DNA of 43,248 nt from Lenisia limosa (taxonomy: Eukaryota; Protista; Breviatea), in assembly GCA_001655205.1 (NCBI GenBank), contig LPNZ01009482.1, forward strand, positions 1 to 43,248. The letters are read 5' to 3'. Numbering within the stretch: the stretch's first letter is position 1; every line of letters begins with the position of its first letter. Made by a program: the position numbers and the translations under genes. Below, piece by piece: positions 12,301 to 20,500 of the stretch. The notes under the pieces were generated by a model. That model had not been told where the DNA came from. It was given only the letters and a program-made list of their open reading frames with translations, and did not search any database.

Positions 12301-13442
12301 GTCTTTTTATGACGAAGTCCAATTGACCATTAAGAAAAGCTCCACGCTTGGCAGAACCGCTTGTTTCTAGTATCCAGACATTCACGTTCCCTTTCATGGA
12401 CCAAGCAACTCCAACTTCATCAGTTCCACTAATCACTCCAACAAAGTATGATCAATATCCCTTTTATAGCACTAATGTTCCGTCTTGAATAATATGGTAT
12501 ACAATACATACAGATGTCTGTCAGGGGAACAGATACCCTGGGTTTGTTTGAATACTCTCTGAATAACTTGCCATGTAGTTTCACGCTGGGGGCCTTGCCA
12601 TCCCAGCCTTTGTCCAGCCTTCCAAGCATCCCAATGACGTCTATTGATGCCCCGGGTACGAAATGGATTGTTTTGGATAGTTTTGAATTTGCTTCCATTT
12701 CACCTGTTCATTTTCACAAGGTTGAACCGTCTTTTCAACGCAATGAGACTATGCTCACAAATCTGACCTTCAGGCTCCGCGGTGTCCAATATTCAGCTTG
12801 TTACGCAGTGCGATAACGAGCCACTGAACCTTCAAGAACTTCACCACCCCCATGCTTTAGAATCAAGTTAGTGAAATGATCAGCAGCATTTCTCATTTCT
12901 ATTTGTCAAATAAAAGTGTCCCATCTCACATTTCATGTATAACAAGTATTTCCCTGATGTCAGGAAAAATATCTCTATTTTTCGAAGATTGATTATTTTT
13001 TATTTTTTTTCAGATCCCTTGTAACATTTTTGGTAACGTAGTATTACTATCCTATGAACATATCACCAACAACAGACGGGATCTCCCTGCCCCCTCTTTC
13101 TGCCCAACCTGTTGCCCAGACTGTCACTAAAAATATGACTCTCAGATGATCAAGAAATCGGTATGCTCTGGTATTTGTTTCAATCCTTTTATTTAATCTG
13201 CTTTAATAACCAGTGTCAGGATTCCTTTTCACATTCAGGAAGTACTGATGAATCATGACTTGCAAGTTACAATTACAACTGTTCTCTAACTCTATTTAAA
13301 TGTTCCTGTTTCACTGTTTCTTGCACATAAGGCTGTTTGCATGTTGATTGAATGCTGGTACACTGTTTTACCTTCTTTTGTGTGGTGGTATGCCATCTCG
13401 GGTGTAAGTGTGTATGATTTCCTCCAAATCGGTTCTCGACAT
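323..13442 (-). CDS. Large multi-exon protein of unknown function (possibly two genes). N-terminus MSRTDLEEIIHTYTRDGIPPHKR; long low-complexity charged/Pro/Ser middle; RS-rich exons near the C-terminus
   Basis: Many minus-strand exons with phase-compatible GT-AG sites, e.g. 13442-13372; HVISGTDEVGVAWSMKGNVNVW (~12435); GNRNRRPLFDENKQR (~8990); DAILYRGDNLVCYGVVNLEDY (~5645); EFHLNKLNFNLHS (~3495); SRSRSRSRSR (~2410); SRARSRSRGRSRSRTPAPKES (~2165); probable last exon EYLEDIISNQHGDDNVDVK* ending TAG 325-323. Not every join was resolved and N gaps interrupt it. Confidence 0.6.
1191..1364. repeat. 39-bp tandem repeat, about 4.5 copies (cattgtccggccaagacacccttccaagataccatttgc), intronic
   Basis: Units start at 1191, 1230, 1269, 1308 and 1347. 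Confidence 0.95.
2239..2341. mobile_element. MITE family 1 (TAGGGCTTCACTTCGGTT TIR, ~100 bp, hAT-like), full copy
   Basis: TIRs tagggcttcacttcggttc ... gaaacgaagtgaagcccta; internal core shared with other copies. Confidence 0.9.
3214..3313. mobile_element. MITE family 1, full copy with near-perfect 8-bp TSD
   Basis: TIRs present; flanks attattac (3206-3213) and attactac (3314-3321), 7/8 identical. Confidence 0.9.
5181..5234. mobile_element. MITE family 1 fragment (gcttccct variant)
   Basis: agcttcccttcggtcc...tcgataaatcctcgaaaaatgtcgata matches the left TIR and core. Confidence 0.65.
6167..6226. mobile_element. MITE family 1 truncated copy
   Basis: aagcttcccttctgttcaaaaaaactcggtaaattatcgataattttagaggatttctcg matches the 32595 copy. 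Confidence 0.75.
6469..6560 (+). repeat. Dispersed repeat family 4 (no obvious TIR), copy 1
   Basis: gtatctg..aagccgtccacacc...cacccaatc.tttgccttac..ctctgtgcacacagcttttt; matches 27332-27443 and 38197-38302. Confidence 0.8.
7188..7286. mobile_element. MITE family 1, full copy, lying between two copies of a ~60-bp direct repeat
   Basis: TIRs present; flanking duplicates at 7125-7187 and 7288-7347. Confidence 0.9.
10740..10817. mobile_element. MITE family 2 (CAGTGAC TIR, TA target site; Tc1/mariner-like), 78 bp
   Basis: ta|cagtgacgaggataattcttgacc...ggtcaagacttatcccggtaactg|ta; reverse-complement homologue at 38071-38146. Confidence 0.8.
10973..11071. mobile_element. MITE family 1, full copy with perfect 8-bp TSD attacatc
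   Basis: attacatc at 10965-10972 and 11072-11079 directly flanks the TA...TA termini. Confidence 0.92.
11611..11748. mobile_element. MITE family 3 (PIF/Harbinger Tourist-like), 138 bp, TTA TSD
   Basis: tta|ggaaccgttcgggtacac ... gtgtacccgaacggtccc|tta: 18-bp TIR with one mismatch; 3-bp TTA duplication. Confidence 0.8.
11852..11910. mobile_element. Degenerate MITE family 1 remnant
   Basis: aagcttcattctgaaaaaagacagaatttctcg...tatcgatatt resembles the TIR plus core. Confidence 0.5.
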
Positions 13443-13559
13443 TTGTTTGACCCAGCAGTGTAATAAGAATATGAGAAAGTCAGCAAAAAGACAAAGTTAA
13501 AAAGTTACAAAGACTGGGACCGATACTTTAGTATTATTCCTCCATTCCAAACTGGGGCG

Positions 13560-15453
13560 CTGGGACAAACATACTCCAACAATTAGTGATCAATTTCACT
13601 TATTATCGGGATATTTCCACACCTGTGCAACCAGCATTGGCTTTCAAATCATCCCCAGATCCCAAAATCATAAATGAAAACAATAAACAAACCAGGCGAA
13701 TTCATGTCGGTATAGCAGAAACTGACTATATTATTTTGACAAAGTATAATTTCAAAAAAGTATCACTACTTAATAGTTGTATAAAAATCAGCAGAGTGTG
13801 ATTTTCCTTGCGAGTTTTTCAGCACTTCTTTGGAGAACTTAAAATTAAAGACTACATCATCACTCTACTCTGTACCATCATAATTGCCTTTAGGTGAAAA
13901 TTCAGATGTAACAAGTCAGAAAGTGACTCGCTTTGTCACCGTTTTCAAACTGCATTTATATCTTCCCTGAATGATTGGTGAACAAGATATTTTAAAATCA
14001 ATAACAGTTCAGCGAACTTATCAAAGTGATTAATCATGAGTCATGACTTCGCGGTTATTCAGTTCGCAAGGAGTTCGAGCGGAACATGCGGCAATCTCCA
14101 TTTTATGGCGGGTTCACGGTTACAGGTAACTTCAGAAAACTAGTTGTCAGGTGTGCCTTGAAAAGACTACTATCATTAAATATATATCCAATTCCACTGC
14201 ACTTCGAATACATTTTCAGTATAAACAAAAAATGTAGGCGGTACACTTATGACATGATTGTGCTTATTCTACTCACAACTTCAAACATGACATCATTCAA
14301 CAATAAAATAGGTTTGATAACTGTAAGATTTTTTGTATAATACTTATAAATTTATCATTTATTCCCAGTGTACTTGTAATATGAACAAAATTTCAAGTTG
14401 ACACCATACTTTGATTTTCACATTGGCAGAAGGATGATTTGGAATGGAAATGGGAATCAAAATATTGAATACCCAAGGTTTGCAAGGTAACCTACATAAT
14501 TGTCACATTTTTTCCTTCTTTGATGAAATACATATAAAATTTGAAAACAAAAAATGCTTGGTTATTTCTAATGATCTAGTCTGTTTGATGTAATTGCATG
14601 CTTATCAAACGCTATGATGCCGCTCCAAGCCTCAACTAGAACAGATGCAAATCAAAGAGAATTCGAGAACTTCCATGACGATTACCTGCTGGTTTCACAG
14701 CTTCGCTCAAGTATTCAAAATTATGTGAGGAATATTATATTTTATTAAAGTTTTGTTTAGGCTTGGACTGCTGTCTCATTCTCTTGATTGTTTTGAATTT
14801 CTCAATAACCTGTTTTAGAATGATAGAACCGATGTTATTTCTCTTTCATTGAAGGAATTCCACACCCCTGTCACAGAAACTCTCTTTGCTCATGAAAGTT
14901 ATGAGCAGGACTTTGACGAAGTCTACCAGTTTTAGAATAGTGCTATTTTCTTGTAATGATAATTTTTTAAAAAAATAACTATAATTTGTAAATATCTTTG
15001 GTACTACCTGATTCTTGTGCTCATTTGAAATGGAATGGATGATAATTGACGTGATGTTATGTGTATGACTATTTACCAACAAGAATAACTAGTAGTTGAT
15101 CTTATGCATATTAATTGAAAAAAACAAAACACCGAATCCGCTTACTGACTCGGATTCAAGTTGAAAAGTGCAATAGTGCAAAATAGAAGTGAGTTATCCA
15201 GGAAGAGTTGTGGCTTGTATTGCATTTTCAGCTTCCTTTTCACCGGAAAGTGTTTTCACCGCGTAGAAGAGCTCGCCATTACAGTAGCTTTACTCTCCTC
15301 CCAGCGTATCTAAATTCAAATCTAACTCAAAATATATAGAAACCTACAAACCATAGGTCCAAGAATAATTTCATGAGATGAAGGGGCATCTTCAGCAAAG
15401 ACAAGAGCGCTGCTCCAAAACAAAATAAAAATGACTGCAATCCTTGTGAACAT
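13560..15453 (-). CDS. Putative secreted protein; exon 1 MFTRIAVIFILFWSSALVFAEDAPSSHEIILGPM; downstream exons and 3' end unresolved
   Basis: ATG at 15453 followed by a typical signal peptide (basic N-region, hydrophobic core, VFA cleavage site) and a gtttgt donor; candidate internal exons EAVKPA|VEAWSGIIAFDK near 14690-14600. The 13560 boundary is a guess. Confidence 0.45.
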
Positions 15454-15521
15454 AATGACCAACCCGTGGGAAAATAAATGACATAGTCATTTATTTCGGT
15501 TAGGCTTCTATATGTCTGCAA

Positions 15522-15591
15522 ACGGAAGAAAAAACGGAAAACGGAAGTTGATACAGGCAAACGGCATAAGTGGAAGACGGAAGAACGGAAG
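15522..15591. promoter_or_regulatory. Cluster of ACGGAAR motifs in a divergent intergenic region
   Basis: ACGGAAR at 15522, 15534, 15541, 15577 and 15585, plus variants at 15561 and 15570, between ATG 15453(-) and ATG 15990(+). Function is inferred only. Confidence 0.35.
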
Positions 15592-15989
15592 TGGGGACAA
15601 ATGATCTAACTGATCGACTTTTAAACAAGTGGTCTCTACCCCATCCAATCCCCTGGTTCTAATATATTAACTGCCATCCAGTTCAGAGTTTAGCGCAGAA
15701 GCAGAAGATTATATAAAGGAAGCTGGAAGAATATTAGAACCGGATTAGAAGGTAAGAAGGTGCCCTCAGACCGCCATCTCTCCCACTCCCAACCTGACCT
15801 CCGCTTANNNNNNNNNNNNNNNNNNNNNNNNNNNNNNNNNNNNNNNNNNNNNNNNNNNNNNNNNNNNNNNNNNNNNNNNNNNNNNNNNNNNNNNNNNNNN
15901 NNNNNNNNNNNNNNNNNNNNNNNNNNNNGTGCTCCCAATCAAACACTCATCTTGGGTAATACATATATATTTATTTATCCCTAGCACTC

Positions 15990-17522
15990 ATGCAGAATCT
16001 CAAACTTCTTCTTCTTGGAGATGGAGCAGGTCTGTCTCTTCGGCTTTAGTTCATCATTCTGATCAGCACAGAGATAATAATACAACCTTAAACATGCAGT
16101 CATAACATTTACATGTTTAGTTGGTAAGACATGTCTTTTGATTTCGTACACAACCAACTCCTTCCCTGGCGAATACATTCCGACAGTGTTCGACAATTAC
16201 TCCGCAAATGTGATGCTTGAAGGGAAGCCCTACAATGTCGGGGTATGCAGGCTGTTCTGAGTTCAAACTTTCTGGTTTTGAGCAAGTTAGTCAAAAGTGT
16301 ATCAATCCATCCTCTGGATATTCGGTGTTGGAATGAAGGCCTGTTTTTGCTTTGACACCAGCAGCTTTGGGACACAGCAGGGCAAGAAGACTATGACCGT
16401 CTCCGGCCCCTGTCGTATCCGAACACGGATGTGTTCCTGGTGTGCTACTCGGTGTTCTCAAGGTGGGCAATGCCCCAATAAAGAGCTCTTCGGGTGACCT
16501 TGCAAGAGTATATGATATGATATACTCTATATCATATACTATGATGTAGAAATACTACTAATATATTCCTCATTGCTTTGGCGAACATTTCTTATTTTTG
16601 TCCCCTCTTTTATTATTCATTATATATCGAGACTGGACTTTACTTTGTAGATCGTCGTTTGAAAACTTGGACAAATGGATTGCTGAAGTTGGAGAGGGGC
16701 ACTAGTGTTGCTAATGCAAAGAAATAACACGTTCAGGTGAACCAGCACATGCCTGATAACCGCATCTTGATTGTTGGACTCAAATCAGACTTGCCTAGAA
16801 ATGTAAGGGCTCCAACATTCTTGCAAAACAGACTGTTTTTTGTGCTATACATAGTATCATCCATAAATAATATCTCTATTTTGTACTTCTTTTCATTTCT
16901 GAGTTTTCCCCTTGAAGTTGGATTGTCTTTTAAAGGCACCAGTTCAAATCCATTTATGATCTTGCATGTGGCAAATTATCAAGATTAATTGTGAAAAATA
17001 GGTTCTGATTTAATTTGACATCAGCAGTTGCAATAATTGTTGTAAAAGCACTGCTTTTGGATGGGCCAAAAGAAATATGGTCCTAAATGCGTATCGTTTC
17101 CCTTGTCTTGATTCAATACATGTTTTTTTAAAAAAAAACTAATTATCAGGTTCCGACGCAAGAGGCCCGCGACTGGTGCCGACGGTTCGGATACCCGTTC
17201 GTTGAGTGCAGTGCGCTAACCCAGGCCGGGGTCAAGGACGTGTTTGACAAGGCTATTGATGTGGCAACCGAGGTTGGTCTGTTTCATAGTGGTCGTGAAA
17301 TAATGATTCAAAGGCGAATGTCACGTATTGTATTTGGGGCTCCGTGCTTTTTCAGTGACGTTCGTTTCAGTTTTGTTATTCTAAGCTTTCGCCCACATGC
17401 TCTTGAATGAACTATTGGAGGTGATGATTGACATTGTAGGAGAAGGGAACGAAAAAGCGGAAGAAAAAGAGCAAGAAGGAAGCCAAGCCAAAGATTAAAG
17501 CTTCAGAGAAGAAAATTGCAGC
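15990..17522 (+). other. Domain: Rho-family (Rac-like) GTPase 1 with polybasic tail
   Basis: Exons 15990-16029, 16121-16242, 16365-16462, 16651-16687, 16737-16802, 17150-17272, 17440-17522. Motifs [46 protein letters not shown], then KKRKKKSKK. Confidence 0.95.
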
Positions 17523-20500
17523 GTGAGTTGAGATACTGTCATATGCTGTTTTTTCGACTTTTGATTTTTCCATCACACTTCAGCAACCTCAAAAAACTTG
17601 ATCATGCAAAACTTGTCTTTGTTGGTGATGGTGGAGGTAAGCAAAACTTCGCTTTGTCAAATCGTTCCAACTCCTTCAGCTGGTAAAACAAGCTACATGT
17701 ACACATATGCATCTGGCTCGGCCCCTATGGAGTACATTCCCACCGTTTTTGATAGTTACTGCGCCACGGTACCGATTATGGGCGAGCAAGTCACTATTTC
17801 AGTGAGTGTGGCTCGGGAGTTCAAAATCAAGTATCTTTTTGTGATTAAAATAATTGAGTTGAGATCGGCGCGCCTTTGATTTTGGTACAGTTTGGTATAT
17901 TAGTATGAAACTAGAAGTTGCAAAACTGGAAATAATGTTCAACATTCGAGTATTAGATAAGCTTAATGTTCTTTGTTACAAATGAAACGACTAATAGATA
18001 AGCTTAATGTTCTTTGTTACAAATGAAACGACTAATTGTTATTCTGACCGTAAGCTTTGGGACACTGCGCATAACGAAGACTACGACCGACTCCGCCCCT
18101 TATCGTACCCCGAAACGACCTGCTTTATTGCGTGCTATGCGGTCAACAATAGGTTAGCAAACATTAAACTACCTCCACTCATACATTCTGTGACTTACCA
18201 TTACAGTGAATCTTTCAAGCGGGTGTTTGACAAGTGGATTCCTGAGGTTTGTGAACTGAAGAATTGTCAAACTCTTATCATGAACTGAAGAAATGCCGTA
18301 CTCATGTGTTCTTATCACCCAGGTGTTGTATCACTGTCCCGGTACCCCTGTCATTGTTCTTGGGCTTAAATCGGAGGTAGACGACAGACAAGTAAGGTGG
18401 TGCACATATCATATTCTGGCCTTTATCGTCTAACTGGGCCTCAAAATCTTTCATATTCCTAAAGCGCATTTGTTACACCGTCCCCCCAGGTAACTATTGA
18501 AGAAGCGAAGAAAATGTGCCACCAGGCAAAAGTCGGATACTTTGAGGTCAGTGTTCTAATTCAGGGTCAAGTTCACTCATCTCCTATTCTCCTTCTATTT
18601 ACCCCATCAGTGCTCACACTCTATTTACCCCATCAGTGCTCACACTCTATTTACCCCATCAGTTCTCATCACATGCTATTTACCCTATCAGTGCTCATCA
18701 CATGCTAACACAGATGTCAAGGAAGCCATGAATCAAATTCTGATGGGTATGCCACGATATTTTCTCGGGAGGGCTTCACTTCGTTTTGATAAAATATTAA
18801 GCCCTAGGGTGGGAGGGTGCATGTCGTGCTATTTTCGAAAATAACAACAATGATTCAAAACATCTGATAAGTCAAATATGACCAACCTGCTGCCTTTATT
18901 CATCGCGACAATTGACCCTGAGAGTCGTGCTGTAAGTGAACTTCACGATTCTAGTGGCTGGGGGAGGCAAGACTGAGGAGCCGAAGAAAGCCAAACCAGC
19001 TCCTTCATCCAAGTTGGTGGGGTGTCGCTTTACTCTTCTGAGTTTCTTTTGGAAAGTTTGAGCGTTTCTTTCGTTCATTCATATAATAGAAAAAGCAGCA
19101 AATTCCTCATCCTTTCAAGGGACTACTTGCTCAAAGTCTCATCTGATGAAACGGCTATGCCTATTGCCACGTCATCAATCAAAAAAGCGGCTAAGACCAG
19201 AAAGGCACTTGTTCTGTCTCCAAATGAACAGATCGAAGTTGCTGTATTCGCCCCCGAATTCGGTGGGGGGTGCGATATTGTTACATTCTTCAAATGACAA
19301 TCCAAGCCCTCATTTGTTTGAGACTTATGAAGACTACTGGTTTGACTTTTGACCATATTCCCTGTTCCTAGGGTTTCACTTCGGTAGAAAAGATGTAGCT
19401 TCTCACGCAATCAGAGAAATTCAGCAAAGTGTTTGGAGAGCCGAAAGCCTTCTCCTTCGATGTCGGCAATCTGACATATGTCAACTGCTCCCGTAGGCGG
19501 AGTGGAAAAGGGGAAATTGGGTAGAACAGAATGATACGTCACTGATGTGGGTAAATGGAACAACAATATTTAAGAACTCTCGAGACATCAGCTTTCTCCC
19601 ATGTGTTAATCCAGCTTAGACGGCCGACATGATGAGTATTGCAACTTTGGAGTCAGTTTGGTAGTTCACGAAGGAGACATGGAGACGTGGACCCAAGCTG
19701 TTCACTCCATGATGGCCAATGTGGTAGGCCTTTTGTGACGTCGGGTCCCACAAATGTTCTAATGCTCTTGAATAATCTCTACAATATCAAGCTTTTTGGA
19801 ACAGGGGGTGAATGTGTATTGAATTTAGTAGTGATTGTTTAAACCAATATCCTACCCACAAGACTCACATCTTCAGCCCCACAGTGTTTTCAGCGGCCAA
19901 CACCTTTTCACTATTAACTTCAAAAAGCAAAGCACTGCTGTTGATGATATGAACCCTCGAGAAATGGTCTGTTGCAAAAGCTATCACTATTACTATAATG
20001 TCGTCTCATGAGATGGGCTTTATTGCAGAAAATGACAGATTTTTAGGATTTCCAGGTGAAGTATGAGAAGTTTTGTGCCGAAGCTGGGTTGACAATCATA
20101 GAGGTGCGTGGTTAAGTTTTTGTTGCAGAGTCGATTTGAAATTTTTTAAACGTGATCGTGGGATATTGTAGTTACTCCTCCTTATGCTTAAGACAAGAAA
20201 TCATAACCCACAAATCCATCTAATTTGCTCCAGAGATCAGGTACAATTGAGGGTTCGCTTTTCAAAGCCATAGGAGACAGAACAATGGGGGATTTCAGTG
20301 GGTGGTGGTGTCATAATACAGAAACGATGAATATACTCTCCTTTCAGTTGAATAACTCTCCGATTAGCTCTCTTTTCAATTGAATAGCTCTTCTTTCAGT
20401 TGATTAACGCTAAATAGCTCTACTTCCAATTGATTGACTGGTTCAGAAAACTCGGCAATGGGACACACAGATTCAATCTTCTCACTTGAGGTATTCTGGG

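Larger units (their letters stand above)
17584..18746 (+). other. Domain: second, degenerate Rho-family GTPase
   Basis: Exons 17584-17636, 17680-17801, 18055-18152, 18207-18246, 18323-18391, 18490-18565, 18714-18746. Motifs [46 protein letters not shown]. No in-frame ATG before the domain. Confidence 0.9.

Noticed and set aside
12570-12700. SH3 call from IHFVPGASIDVIG...GWDG
   Set aside because: No ALYDY-like start or GxxPxNY end; the resemblance is too weak.
13790-14940. Plus-strand gene (VRKEFERNMRQSPFYGG; MMPLQAST...; EFHTPVTE...) and a PhoD-like phosphatase reading
   Set aside because: The plus-strand pieces do not join in phase. The PhoD-like motifs (LGPM.RW, DCRMFRS) fall in frames that hit stops or on opposite strands.
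17598-17879. ORF-track start [14 protein letters not shown] as an independent second Rho gene
   Set aside because: That ATG is out of frame with the KLVFVGDGG exon, which is reached only through the 17583 acceptor.
15990-18746. Miro, RhoBTB or Roco assignment
   Set aside because: No EF-hands, BTB, LRR, COR or kinase motifs were seen. Both G domains are Rac-like ([18 protein letters not shown]).
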